Shown here: positions 48,056 to 58,586 of the stretch, piece by piece
How positions within the stretch are numbered: the stretch's first letter is position 1
Layout: every line of letters begins with the position of its first letter
Source: Leptolyngbyaceae cyanobacterium
Lineage (GTDB): Bacteria; Cyanobacteriota; Cyanobacteriia; Phormidesmidales; Phormidesmidaceae
Assembly (NCBI GenBank): GCA_965263355.1
Contig: CBDHHL010000032.1
Span: 2,656,001 to 2,720,000 of the forward strand
DNA length: 64,000 bases
Direction of reading: 5' to 3'
The notes under the pieces: generated by a model
The model's database searches: none
Told to the model about the DNA's origin: nothing
What the model saw: the letters and a program-made list of their open reading frames with translations, nothing else
Position numbers and translations under genes: made by a program

Positions 48056-48360
48056 GTCAATGGTTAATCATCTCAAGTAGAGATTCGATCTTTACTCTTC
48101 TAATGGTTAACCCACACGTCAGGAATAGGGTTGATTTCTTTAAGGTTGCCTCAAGCAAACTTGCGAAAGTGATTCAATCCTTATTTCTAAATAACTTTTT
48201 ATCTAGACTGGGGAACTATACTGCTGATTCCAAGTTCTTATATCTCAAGTTTGACAGATCTTATTCTGCGGTGTCCTATACTTAATAAGACTGTAGAAAT
48301 CCAGGGATGCATCGTTGATTTTCAATTCAATTTACGATGTAGTTATTATTCAAATTACTA

Positions 48361-49515
48361 ATGGCTAATCTGTTTGCGATAATGCAGCCCAAACGCTATC
48401 GTTCATTGCTTCAAGTTGCTGTCGCTAGTCTTTCACTCACCAGTCTTGTTGCTTGTACTGGGCCTTCTGATACTACCCAAACAGACAATACTGATACTGA
48501 TAAAGGAGCTGCAGCAGTCAGTAGTCCTCTAACTGAGAAAGTAGCATTGACTGGTGCTGGTGCATCCTTTCCCTCCCCTCTTTACCAAAACTGGTTTATT
48601 CAACTTAATAAGGATATCCCTGAACTACAGGTGAATTATCAATCTGTTGGTAGTGGTGCTGGGATTGAACAATTTACCGCTAAGACAGTGGATTTTGGCG
48701 CTAGTGATGTCGCCATGAAGGATGAGGAAATCGCGGCTGTTGCCGATGGTACTATCTTATTGCCGATGACCGCTGGCAGCGTGGTGTTAGCCTATAACCT
48801 ACCTGGGATTGAGAGTGGTTTGAAACTCCCCCGTGAGGTCTATGTTGACATTCTATTAGGTAAAATCACCCAGTGGAATGATGACAGTATTGCTACCGCT
48901 AACCCAGATGTGACGTTGCCAGATACTGCGATTACTGTTGTTCATCGCTCTGATGGTAGTGGTACCACTGGTGTGTTCACCAAGCATTTAAGTGCGATCA
49001 GCACAGAATGGCAAGACACGATTGGTGAAGGAAAGAGTGTAGAATGGCCCACCTCCGGTAACTTTGTCGGAGCGAAAGGTAGTGAGGGCATGACGGCTCA
49101 ATTGCAACAAACCGAGGGAGCCATTGGTTATGTCGAATATGGCTTTGCTAACAACAATGGGTTAGCGATCGCAGCCCTGGAAAATAAGGCGGGTAAGTTT
49201 ATTGAACCCACCCCTGAAAGTGCATCGGCTACCCTTGACGCGATTGAACTACCCGACAATTTGCGGGCATTTATTACTGATCCAGAAGGAGACGGCTCTT
49301 ATCCAGTGGTGACCTACACCTGGATGTTAGCCTATGAGAAGTATGATGATCCGCAGCAGGCAATCGCCATGGAACTTATGATCCAGAACGGGTTAACCAA
49401 AGGACAAGCCGAGGCTGAAAAATTAGGCTACGTGCCGTTACCTCAATCTGTGCGAGAGCGCGTTGCTGCAGCAGCAGATGTGATTTCCCCTGATTATGAA
49501 ATCACCTTGAACTAA
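48361..49515 (+). CDS. pstS: Phosphate ABC transporter substrate-binding protein
   Basis: LVAC lipobox, GAGASFP, YQSVGSGAG, DFGASD, HRSDGSGTT. Confidence 0.96.
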   Translation: MANLFAIMQPKRYRSLLQVAVASLSLTSLVACTGPSDTTQTDNTDTDKGAAAVSSPLTEKVALTGAGASFPSPLYQNWFIQLNKDIPELQVNYQSVGSGAGIEQFTAKTVDFGASDVAMKDEEIAAVADGTILLPMTAGSVVLAYNLPGIESGLKLPREVYVDILLGKITQWNDDSIATANPDVTLPDTAITVVHRSDGSGTTGVFTKHLSAISTEWQDTIGEGKSVEWPTSGNFVGAKGSEGMTAQLQQTEGAIGYVEYGFANNNGLAIAALENKAGKFIEPTPESASATLDAIELPDNLRAFITDPEGDGSYPVVTYTWMLAYEKYDDPQQAIAMELMIQNGLTKGQAEAEKLGYVPLPQSVRERVAAAADVISPDYEITLN

Positions 49516-49526
49516 TTGTGTTGGCC

Positions 49527-49599
49527 TAAGGCTTATCCACGTCCAGAACTTGAGTGTTTCCGTAGAGGAAATGACTGGTTTCACCATGGACGTGGTTTA
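49527..49599 (+). mobile_element. 73-bp element family R3
   Basis: CCACGTCCA ... TGGACGTGG inverted ends with TA termini. Confidence 0.75.
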
Positions 49600-49649
49600 A
49601 GCTGGCTGAATCACCTGGTGGTTATTGTTTTGATTCTCTCCTTTAAAAT

Positions 49650-50636
49650 GTGATGACATCTTCTACTCAGCGGCCTCCTAGTTTATATCGTGCTGCCCGT
49701 TCAGGAAAACGGGGGCGCTCTACCCTAGAGAAATGGTTTGATCAGGGGTTTATTGGCCTGACTCAGATACTTGCGATCGCAGTCAGTCTGATTCTGGTTG
49801 TTATTTGTATAACGCTGACTACCAATGCACTCCCTGCCATTCAAACCCTCGGCTTAAAATTTTTAGTCACCACTAGCTGGAATCCAGTGGAGGGGAGAGA
49901 AACCTATGGCGCATTATCCATGATCTATGGCACTCTTGCCAGTTCTGCGATTGCGCTGTCGATAGCAGGTCCCTTAGCATTGGGCGCAGCTATCTGCCTC
50001 AGTGAAGATTTTATACCAATTAAAATCCGTACCGTTTTAATTTTCTTGGTTGAACTCTTAGCTGCCATTCCCAGTATTGTCTATGGACTCTGGGGTATTT
50101 TTGTATTAATTCCCATTACAAAAGAGATTGGCACCTGGCTACATAATACATTTGGCTGGATACCCTTTTTTAGTACGGCACCGGTTGGGCCAGGGCTTTT
50201 ACCCGCTAGTTTGGTATTAGCCATTATGATTTTGCCCATTATTACAACAATTTCGCGCGAGGCATTATCCTCCTTACCGCCTGAGTTACGTCAGGCCTCG
50301 TTAGGTCTAGGCGCAACTCGCTGGTATACCATTTTTAATGTTCTAATCCCTGCAGCTTTTTCAGGCATTATCGGCGCTATCATCCTGGCCATGGGTAGGG
50401 CCATGGGAGAAACTATGGCTGTCACCATGCTAATTGGTAATGCTAATCAGGTTAATCTCTCAGTGTTAGCCCCTGCCAATACAATTTCCTCATTACTCGC
50501 CAATCAGTTTGCTGAAGCTGATGGACTGCAAGTATCAGCCCTGATGTATGCAGCACTCGTACTTGTCGCTATGAGCTTGATGGTGAATATTTTGACAGAG
50601 TGGATTGTAAATCGGGTTAAGACCCAGTACGACTAA
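49650..50636 (+). CDS. pstC: Phosphate ABC transporter permease
   Basis: ELLAAIPSIVYGLWG, GRAMGETMAVTM. Confidence 0.95.
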   Translation: MMTSSTQRPPSLYRAARSGKRGRSTLEKWFDQGFIGLTQILAIAVSLILVVICITLTTNALPAIQTLGLKFLVTTSWNPVEGRETYGALSMIYGTLASSAIALSIAGPLALGAAICLSEDFIPIKIRTVLIFLVELLAAIPSIVYGLWGIFVLIPITKEIGTWLHNTFGWIPFFSTAPVGPGLLPASLVLAIMILPIITTISREALSSLPPELRQASLGLGATRWYTIFNVLIPAAFSGIIGAIILAMGRAMGETMAVTMLIGNANQVNLSVLAPANTISSLLANQFAEADGLQVSALMYAALVLVAMSLMVNILTEWIVNRVKTQYD

Positions 50637-50694
50637 CCCTGGGCCTAATTGCCTAGTATTGGCTTTGCATATTATTCATCATCTTATACACGTC

Positions 50695-51636
50695 ATGACT
50701 CTACCGGCCAACTCCACTCTTCTGCCTGAGCGCAGAGAGAGTCCCCACGCTGCATCAGTTCTTCTTACCTCCTTTGATATTCGGGCTATCGAGAAAACGA
50801 CCCTGAGTAAATCAGCCCTGATGGGTAAGAGCATGACCACACTGGCTATAGCTTGTGTGGTTATTGCCCTAATCCCTCTATTTGCTGTCTTGACCCATGT
50901 GATACAACAAGGCATGGGGCGGCTGGACTTTGCCTTGTTAACCCAATTACCCTCTCCGCCCGGTTTAGCAGGGGGGGGGCTTGCCAATGCTATCTTAGGC
51001 ACTTTAATGGTGGTTGGTGTGGCCGTTTTCATTTCTGTTCCCTTAGGCATAGCCACTGCCATCTATGTGGCAGAATTTAGCCAGGGTAGCCAAATTGCCC
51101 GCTGGATTCGCTTTACCACCAATATGCTCAGCGGTATTCCATCGATTATTGCCGGTGTATTTGCCTATGGTTTACTGGTCAGAACTGGCTTGACAGGGTA
51201 TTCAGCGGTTGCTGGTGGCGTTGCCCTGTCAGTATTGATGCTGCCAACAATAATATTAGCCACCGATGAAGCCTTACAGTTAGTCCCGCAGGCGATCCGC
51301 TGGGCCGCTTTTAGCGTCGGTGCTTCCCATGCTCAGACCGTACTACAGATGGTGATTCCAGCGGCCATGCCCACCATTGTTACCGGTGTGATGTTGGCTG
51401 TTGCTCGCGCTGCCGGAGAAACAGCCCCCCTAATTTTTACAGCGCTCAGTTCTTCCTTCTGGCCCAATGGTTTTCTAGAACCCATCGCCACGTTGTCGGT
51501 ACTCGTTTTCAATTTTTCCACCTATCCCTTTGCACCACAACAGGCATTGGCCTGGGCTGGATCCCTAATTTTAGTGTTATTAGTTCTGATTGCTAGTATT
51601 GCAGCCCGTATGGCGACTAAACGCCAAATTTATTAA
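50695..51636 (+). CDS. pstA: Phosphate ABC transporter permease
   Basis: [31 protein letters not shown] 50695 (TTG 50659 alternative). Confidence 0.94.
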   Translation: MTLPANSTLLPERRESPHAASVLLTSFDIRAIEKTTLSKSALMGKSMTTLAIACVVIALIPLFAVLTHVIQQGMGRLDFALLTQLPSPPGLAGGGLANAILGTLMVVGVAVFISVPLGIATAIYVAEFSQGSQIARWIRFTTNMLSGIPSIIAGVFAYGLLVRTGLTGYSAVAGGVALSVLMLPTIILATDEALQLVPQAIRWAAFSVGASHAQTVLQMVIPAAMPTIVTGVMLAVARAAGETAPLIFTALSSSFWPNGFLEPIATLSVLVFNFSTYPFAPQQALAWAGSLILVLLVLIASIAARMATKRQIY

Positions 51637-52430
51637 TGATGACTAAGGAACAAACACAACCCATTCTCCAAGCCAAGGGTGTGGATATTTGCTATGGCCG
51701 TAAGCGAGTCTTGCGTAATGTTTCTCTGGATATTCCTAGGCATCAGGTCACTGCATTTATTGGTCCCTCAGGGTGCGGCAAAAGTTCATTGTTAAGGTGT
51801 TTTAACCGTCTCAATGATCTGATTAATGGGTTTCAGTTGAAAGGTCAAATTAATTATCACGGTCACAACTTATACACCAAACGGATTGATCCAGTGGCAG
51901 TCCGTCGCCAAATTGGCATGGTATTTCAGCGACCTAATCCGTTTCCTAAATCAATCTATGAGAATGTTGCCTATGGTGCTAGGGCGATCAAATACTCGGG
52001 TAATTTGGACGAGCTAGTGGAAACCTCACTCAGGCGGGTTGCTCTCTGGGATGAAGTCAAGGACAAACTCAATCAAAGTGGTCTATCTCTTTCAGGAGGG
52101 CAGCAGCAACGGTTGTGTATTGCACGAACCATTGCAGTTGAACCTGATGTGGTACTAATGGATGAGCCCTGCTCGGCCCTGGATCCTATTTCCACATTCA
52201 AAATTGAAGAACTCGTGCATGAGCTGAAACAGAGATACACGATTGTTGTTGTCACTCATAATATGCAACAAGCTGCTCGAATCTCACAGATGACTGCATT
52301 TTTTAGTACAGATACCTCTAAGGAGCATCGTGGTGCCAGCCATCTAATTGAATATAATCAAACTGACGTTATCTTTAAGCATCCTCAACAGCAAATGACC
52401 TGTGACTATGTTCGCGGACGCTTTGGTTAA
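51636..52430 (+). CDS. pstB: Phosphate ABC transporter ATP-binding protein
   Basis: [46 protein letters not shown]. Confidence 0.96.
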   Translation: MMTKEQTQPILQAKGVDICYGRKRVLRNVSLDIPRHQVTAFIGPSGCGKSSLLRCFNRLNDLINGFQLKGQINYHGHNLYTKRIDPVAVRRQIGMVFQRPNPFPKSIYENVAYGARAIKYSGNLDELVETSLRRVALWDEVKDKLNQSGLSLSGGQQQRLCIARTIAVEPDVVLMDEPCSALDPISTFKIEELVHELKQRYTIVVVTHNMQQAARISQMTAFFSTDTSKEHRGASHLIEYNQTDVIFKHPQQQMTCDYVRGRFG

Positions 52431-52587
52431 TGGGAACAGTTGCTCAAGCAACCAGGTCTTGTATAAAATCAGGAGTATCATCAAAGTAATCTACCCTAGG
52501 TGTGTTTTACACCTATTAGTTCAGCCCTCAAACAGAAGCTATCCGACTATTCTAGGCTTCATGAAATAAAGATTTCAGGCGTATGAT

Positions 52588-52660
52588 TAAACCTTGTCCA
52601 CGTCCGGAATGGTCGTTTTTTAGTGGAAGAGCCTACGAGGTTTAACTTGGACGTGGTTTA
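52588..52660 (+). mobile_element. 73-bp element family R3
   Basis: TAAACCTTGTCCACGTCC ... GGACGTGGTTTA. Confidence 0.75.
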
Positions 52661-52742
52661 TGCTCCTGTTTCATTACTAGAATGAAAGACTCTTTACATT
52701 ATGAAGCTTTGACACATCTAAATTGGTACCCAGGTTGTACAG

Positions 52743-53798
52743 ATGCAACAGCAACAACAAGATAAAATTCTCTACGCGATTATTATAATTAGTATCGGTA
52801 TATTCGTTGCGGTATTTGGTAGCATTTTATGGGCTCCACAGAGGGGCGTTAAACTACCAGTGCAGCTAAATGGTGGTGATGACGATAACCAAACTAATAC
52901 GTCCACGTCTTCGGGCCAATCAGAGACACTTCAAAATATTCCCAAAGGAATATTTAACTATGGTGGCAGCACAACATGGATTCCAGTGCATGAATCCGTG
53001 AGTGACATGATTACTAATGATTTTCCTGACTTTGAGTTGCGTTACACCTTACCTGCCAATGGATTACCAGGCTCAAGTACTGGAGTCAAAATGCTTTTAG
53101 AGGGGGAGTTATCATTTTCAGAATCATCCCGTCCCCTGAAAATCAAAGAGTATGATGAAGCAAAGCAACGTGGCTTCGCCCTCGAACAAGTTACAATCGC
53201 TATTGATGGGATTGCAGTAGCCGTTAATCCTAACCTCAACTTACCTGGATTAAGTGTTCAACAACTTCAGGCAATTTATACAGGACAGGTTACCAATTGG
53301 TCTGAATTGGGTGGCCCTGATATGCCAATTAAGGCCTTTAGCAAGGATCCAGAAGCATCTGGAACAGCTAAGTATTTCTTGGAATCGTTGCTAGATGCGG
53401 ATGCATATGGTGCTAATGTTGAGTTTGTGAATGAGACAACGCCTACATTGAAGCAGGTCATCCGTGATCCGGGTGCGATTTTTTATGCTTCAGCACCAGA
53501 AGTAGTGAACCAATGTTCAATCTACGCGATGCCAATTGCCTCTCGCAGTCAGCCTGATAACTTTATAGCGACCTATGAAGGGCCCTGGAGGACGGGAGAT
53601 GCCTGTGTAGCTGAGGCCAATACAGTGGATAAAACAATCTTTCGCGATGGTAGTTATCCCTTAACTCGACAACTGTTTGTGATTATCAGAGTCGATGGCG
53701 GTAGAGATGAGGCAGCTGGACGGGCTTACAGTGATATCTTGCTATCGCCTAAAGGACAAGAGTTAGTGCAACAGGCTGGTTTTGTGGGTGTTCGTTAA
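52743..53798 (+). CDS. PstS-family (PBP_like_2) substrate-binding protein with N-terminal TM anchor
   Basis: FNYGGSTTW, PGSSTG, SSRPLK, IAIDGIAVAVN, YPLTRQLFV. Confidence 0.88.
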   Translation: MQQQQQDKILYAIIIISIGIFVAVFGSILWAPQRGVKLPVQLNGGDDDNQTNTSTSSGQSETLQNIPKGIFNYGGSTTWIPVHESVSDMITNDFPDFELRYTLPANGLPGSSTGVKMLLEGELSFSESSRPLKIKEYDEAKQRGFALEQVTIAIDGIAVAVNPNLNLPGLSVQQLQAIYTGQVTNWSELGGPDMPIKAFSKDPEASGTAKYFLESLLDADAYGANVEFVNETTPTLKQVIRDPGAIFYASAPEVVNQCSIYAMPIASRSQPDNFIATYEGPWRTGDACVAEANTVDKTIFRDGSYPLTRQLFVIIRVDGGRDEAAGRAYSDILLSPKGQELVQQAGFVGVR

Positions 53799-54488
53799 AA
53801 GTATTTTTTCTAAAATGCTTTCAACGTGAATCTTAGTTGTATCTAGAAAAGGAACATCAGGATCGACAGATTCCCTTAGAATCAAAGGCAGTTCTGTTCC
53901 CCCTAAGATTACCCCCTGAATGCCATAGGTCTGCTTGATCTTTGTCACAATATCAAGCAGACCATTTCTAGTTTCTTCGAGAATGATTCCCTTAACTAGT
54001 TCACCCATATATTTTTTATGGATATAATCCTGATCCGTTTTGTCAGGCACAATCACGTCAATATCTTGTTTAGCTAATACCTTGTCGTAAAATCTCCCCT
54101 GCATGGTAAATCGGGTACCCAATAACCCAATTTTTTGAATCCCTAATGCCTTAGCTGTGGCACAGGTAGCTTCAACGATGCTAATCATGGGTAAGGATAC
54201 TGCTGCTTGCACCTCATTGAAGACAATATGGGGGGTATTTGAGGCAAATAGAGCAAAATCAGCACCTGCAGCGGCCAGCTTGTTGACTTCAGCAGTTAAA
54301 TACTCTGAAGCCTCAGTCAGCTGATTGCTACCAATCAAAGCCAGCATCTTTTTCATATTGATGCTGTTGATAATAATCTGAGGATAGTTACCGTTCTTTT
54401 CTCGTTCAAGGTAGCCAGAAACAATAAACTGATAATATTCAACGGTAGATGCAGGGGCGATTCCACCAATAATTCCAACGGTAGACAT
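53763..54488 (-). CDS. Aspartate/glutamate racemase family protein
   Basis: GIIGGIAPASTVEYY, ASNTPH, GLLGTRFTM, LGGTELPL. Confidence 0.9.
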   Translation of the reverse strand: MSTVGIIGGIAPASTVEYYQFIVSGYLEREKNGNYPQIIINSINMKKMLALIGSNQLTEASEYLTAEVNKLAAAGADFALFASNTPHIVFNEVQAAVSLPMISIVEATCATAKALGIQKIGLLGTRFTMQGRFYDKVLAKQDIDVIVPDKTDQDYIHKKYMGELVKGIILEETRNGLLDIVTKIKQTYGIQGVILGGTELPLILRESVDPDVPFLDTTKIHVESILEKILLTNTHKTSLLH

Positions 54489-54567
54489 AGTTTTTATTAA
54501 GGAAAGGTAATTCAGCTATAGAATTGATAAAACAGGTCAAGTGGGGCAAAAGATATCTGTATCACCC

Positions 54568-54951
54568 TTAGAAAATCCTCAAAATCCCGTCACATTCTTT
54601 GGCAATTTTTATGGCTTCACGTAGATAGCCAATTCGCTGATCTGATTCTTCTCGCAGCCACACCATATCGATATCCACCGTTCGATAACTAATGGGACCA
54701 GAGCGTATAAATTTTTTATCCCAGAATGCTTCAAGCATAGTCAACTCATGCCTTAACTCGTCAAGTTCTGCTCCCGTTGCCTCAAATGCATTGTCATAAT
54801 CATAAACTGCCCCAATTAGCTTAACTAGCCGTAGCCCTAGTCTATGAGCGGGTACATACCATCGAAGATAGACAGATTTTGACGATCCTAAAGGCTTATC
54901 GTATACGTACACATTATCTTTTTTTCGAACAACATAGATGTAAAATGCCAT
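54568..54951 (-). CDS. Hypothetical protein
   Basis: 127 aa ORF with ATG start; no recognised motif. Confidence 0.6.
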   Translation of the reverse strand: MAFYIYVVRKKDNVYVYDKPLGSSKSVYLRWYVPAHRLGLRLVKLIGAVYDYDNAFEATGAELDELRHELTMLEAFWDKKFIRSGPISYRTVDIDMVWLREESDQRIGYLREAIKIAKECDGILRIF

Positions 54952-55086
54952 AATTTTTTCAATCAGAAGATACCTAATTGTATCTACTCAGCTTTCTTCG
55001 CCACAATAAACATGGCTTTGCCTTTATCTGGCTGCCAATAATAGCTGGTGCAGTTTTCTAACAGCGTATCAAGAAACTGTTGGCAG

Positions 55087-55566
55087 CTAGAGCTTTTTGA
55101 AGTATCTAACAATGGGTAACCGTTCAAAACCGGCTTTTTCATACGTGTGTCGTGCCGGAGCATGACCAGGGTCTCCTCCTGTCTCCACCATGGCAATAGT
55201 CATGCCAGCCTCTTTCATCCAAGCCAGGGCAAATTCCGTCAAAGCTGTACCAATCCCGTGACCTTGAAAGTCTGGATCGATAGCAATCATATAGATTTCT
55301 CCCATACTAGATTCGTCATCTAGCTTTATAGCAACAAACCCTGCAATAACAGCTTTATCAATAGCGACCCAAACGTTTGTGTCTTCTGCAGCACAGGCAT
55401 TCTCAACAGCCTTTTGCTGACTTACACGCCAACTATCGGGATAAAAAGCCTGGTACACATCTGCATTCATCACTGTTTGAAGCGACTTAAACACTGGAGC
55501 CCATGCTCGTAGTGAAAGACGAATAACAGCATTAAAATGGTGTGGAACGTAGGGTTCAATTTGCAT
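55087..55566 (-). CDS. GNAT family N-acetyltransferase
   Basis: GEIYMIAIDPDFQGHGIG, ETGGDPGHAPAR.TYEKAGF. Confidence 0.92.
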   Translation of the reverse strand: MQIEPYVPHHFNAVIRLSLRAWAPVFKSLQTVMNADVYQAFYPDSWRVSQQKAVENACAAEDTNVWVAIDKAVIAGFVAIKLDDESSMGEIYMIAIDPDFQGHGIGTALTEFALAWMKEAGMTIAMVETGGDPGHAPARHTYEKAGFERLPIVRYFKKL

Positions 55567-55684
55567 CCTATATGATCTTCAGATCCTTGGATCGTTTTGC
55601 GTGCTGCCAGCATTAAGGTATGTTAGCTTCAGTCACTAGCCCCCTACCGGTAGGTAAATCTATAGGTACTATAAGCAAAAAACT

Positions 55685-56236
55685 ATGCAGGAATTGGTGA
55701 TAGTGATCGTATCGGGTCTCATTACCTTAGCCGCATCGTCTCTGATAGCGGTATATCAATCGCGTACTGAATTCCGTAAGCTGAGAAAACAGCTAGAGCA
55801 AACCTATACAACAGCCTTGTTTGACAAGCGTCTGGAGATGTATCCAATACTGTTTAAAATCCTTAATGATTTTAACCATAGGATTGAGTATGGTTCACCC
55901 AACAAACAACAGCTAATGGAATTTCAACGTTGCTACGATGATTGGGGAGCTAGCCATGGACTATTGCTAACACCCGTTACGGCCAAAGTGGTGTGGGGCT
56001 ATCATAACTATCTGATCAACTTGCTAGAGCAATATCATGATAATCCTGTACCCCTAGAGCAATGGATAGAAATGCGCAATATACAGGTTGTTATCGGCAA
56101 ATTTTTACGAGCAGAAATTGGCGTCTTCGATACTACAACGGCAGGCAACCCTGAGCTGGAGAGACCTTATGTCAAGGCTATTATCGACAAATTGGAGCAT
56201 AGCTCACAAAATATCCGTAGTAGATTTAGATATTGA
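55685..56236 (+). CDS. Hypothetical protein with N-terminal TM helix
   Basis: 183 aa ORF; TM segment then LFDKRLEMY helical region. Confidence 0.7.
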   Translation: MQELVIVIVSGLITLAASSLIAVYQSRTEFRKLRKQLEQTYTTALFDKRLEMYPILFKILNDFNHRIEYGSPNKQQLMEFQRCYDDWGASHGLLLTPVTAKVVWGYHNYLINLLEQYHDNPVPLEQWIEMRNIQVVIGKFLRAEIGVFDTTTAGNPELERPYVKAIIDKLEHSSQNIRSRFRY

Positions 56237-56272
56237 TCGAATGACTACCCCTTTCTAGTGGGCTTTGATTTT

Positions 56273-56304
56273 GCTAACCCTTGGTTCTAGAACCAAGGGT
56301 TAGC
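56273..56304. other. Perfect 32-bp palindrome between convergent genes (possible bidirectional terminator or REP)
   Basis: GCTAACCCTTGGTTCT-AGAACCAAGGGTTAGC. Confidence 0.7.
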
Positions 56305-56344
56305 TAGAGCCATCTCAACGGTGAGCTTAGGTGCTTTCTGTGAC

Positions 56345-56605
56345 CTAATTTTGCTCGCCCAAAGTGGCTAACAAGTAGCGCTTGCCATTTTGCTCAACCA
56401 CAATGCCATCGTTGGCATCCATATCGTCATCGTTAGCCAGGGATGTAAACGGAATAAAATCGCCCTTCTCTGTCAAGATCCCCATTACTTTACCGGAGGT
56501 TTTCTCATCTTGCTTTGGGGTAACTGAGTTAGCACCAGCTCCCTTAGCCATTAGTAACAGTAATGCAAACGGTAGAAAAACAAGAACTGCAGGTGACATT
56601 GGCAT
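56345..56605 (-). CDS. Small hypothetical exported or membrane protein
   Basis: GGGAGG RBS before ATG 56605; hydrophobic N-terminus. Confidence 0.55.
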   Translation of the reverse strand: MPMSPAVLVFLPFALLLLMAKGAGANSVTPKQDEKTSGKVMGILTEKGDFIPFTSLANDDDMDANDGIVVEQNGKRYLLATLGEQN

Positions 56606-56918
56606 TTCCTCCCAAGAATGGTAAAGATGTAACCGACGTTTACTGATCAACAGCGCGTTTCAATCGTTGGAAACATTGTGGGCTTCAATGTCTTAACTAT
56701 AATTTCCGGAAAAAAAAATTGAAATGATCAAATGCATCAACTTGCTGAGTAAAAAGCGGAAGCACGCTTTGTAGAAAACTACAAAGTTAGAAGGCCGGAT
56801 AAATATACAGTCCTAGGTGATGAAGGCTGGCTTGGTTTAAGCGTGTCAGAGGGTATGCAATAGAAGGGCTATCTAGATGCAAACGCTTAACTACCTGGTT
56901 TGTGTAGTAAGTTGAGCT

Positions 56919-57057
56919 GGGTACCAACTTAAAGCGGGAAGTTTTCCCAAGGATAGATGTCAGAAGTCAGGAACCAGAAGCCATATCCCTTCTCCATTCT
57001 GGCTCCTGACTTCTAGATTCCTAGTTAACCAGAATTTCCCAGCTTGAGTGGATACCC
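56919..57057. mobile_element. MITE, 139 bp, with 8-bp target duplication
   Basis: Imperfect TIRs GGGTACCAACTTAAAGCGGGAA / TTCCCAGCTTGAGTGGATACCC; GTTGAGCT at 56911-56918 and 57058-57065; internal IR AGAAGTCAGGA/TCCTGACTTCT. Confidence 0.8.
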
Positions 57058-57097
57058 GTTGAGCTAGCTATGTAGCACGATGAATGAAAGAATATAA

Positions 57098-57452
57098 ATG
57101 GCACTTAGTAATGGTCTGGCATTGTTTGGCACCGTGGCTGTGCTAGCAATTATTCCTGATCCAAGTGTACTTTTTGTTGTAGTAATTTTATGCTTTCGAG
57201 TTTATTCATGGCTTGCTACTGCTATCGGTGCTGCTGCTGATTTTGTCTTTATTTTGTTAGCCTGCCCCTGTGGAGCATTGCTGGAAAGAGTGCCTTTTTC
57301 TTTGTGAAGTATATCGGTGCTATTTGCTTGATTTACTTGGGGATAGTGATATTGCGATCGCACCCTCAACAACAAGACATCAAAAAGAGTAAAGAAGTCT
57401 CTTGAGCTGCTAATTTTATCGATCGTTTGCTGATCACATTGAGCGTTCCATA
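57098..57452 (+). pseudogene. LysE/RhtB family translocator pseudogene
   Basis: LAIIPDPSVL.VV start; KYIGAICLIYLGI continues in another frame; frameshifts and stops. Confidence 0.7.
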
Positions 57453-58586
57453 AGGCTTAACTATCTAGGAACTAACCCACTTCCGTCATCATAGTCTGTA
57501 TGCAATTCAGTAATATCCAGCATAAAGGAATTCAATACATCACACGTATTGTGGTAAAAGTATTTTCCATGAGATTCGATTCAGCTCAAATTGTCATTAG
57601 TAGTATCTTGTTCAAATAACAGCCACATCAAGATTCAATCAAATTTGTTCTTATTTTCCTGGTTGTTTACTCTGACTAGAATAGGGGCAATTTTTGGAGC
57701 TGCCACTTTATATCAGCTAACAAACAAATTTTGTCCATTTTGAGAAAATGCCCCTCAGCGAAGGGGGCTCAATAACAGTCTTATTTGATTAGGCACTTGA
57801 TTCTTAGGAAAATCAGCAAACAGAGATGTCCATAATGCTTCAAAAACTTTAGTCGGCTAAGATCGCTTTCTTTCACGTCATCAACTTTTTTGAGTGCATA
57901 ACAGTTTTTTTATGGTTGTGTTAAGAGTCAATAAGTCTTTTATTAAAAAGCCGTCCTTTTCTGATCTGTTCGTCTTACCTCTTGAATAAAGTGAAATCCT
58001 CTAACTCTTTTGGTATTTCATAAACTAATGGTAAAGGCATATAAAGGTTCAATCAGATTTGTTCTTATTTTTCTGACTTTGTTATTGTAAACTTGACTTA
58101 AAGTTTTTGATTGGTGACTTTACCTATAGAGAATCTACCTTGATACTGACTACAGAGCTTCTAAAGCTGTATGGTATGTCTACCTTTGATAGTTAGCATC
58201 AGAAGCAGAGCATGAGAAAAAGTTGAGATGCTTTTTTCTGTAGCACAACTATCAGGTCTCAGGTTTGCTAGAAATACCGAGGCAATTAATCTAGTTAGCC
58301 CCCCAAACAGATGCCGGGTTACTTGCAAACCCAAATATCATTCTCAACTCCAGCTTTGCACCCCAAGTTAATCGATTGGGTGTTGCTGCTTTTCGCAAGC
58401 GTAAGCAAGCGTCGGAAGTCGAGGCTTAACCTTAGGGAACCTCGTCAGGTTTCCTAATAGTTTGCTTCACCAAAAGCCGGGAAGAGTCTATTAAAAGCGA
58501 CTTTTAATATCAATTTGTTGCCTGGGCTGCATCATAAAATTCATCATTTTTCATCGTCAGAGCAATACATAATAGAGGGCTTATCC

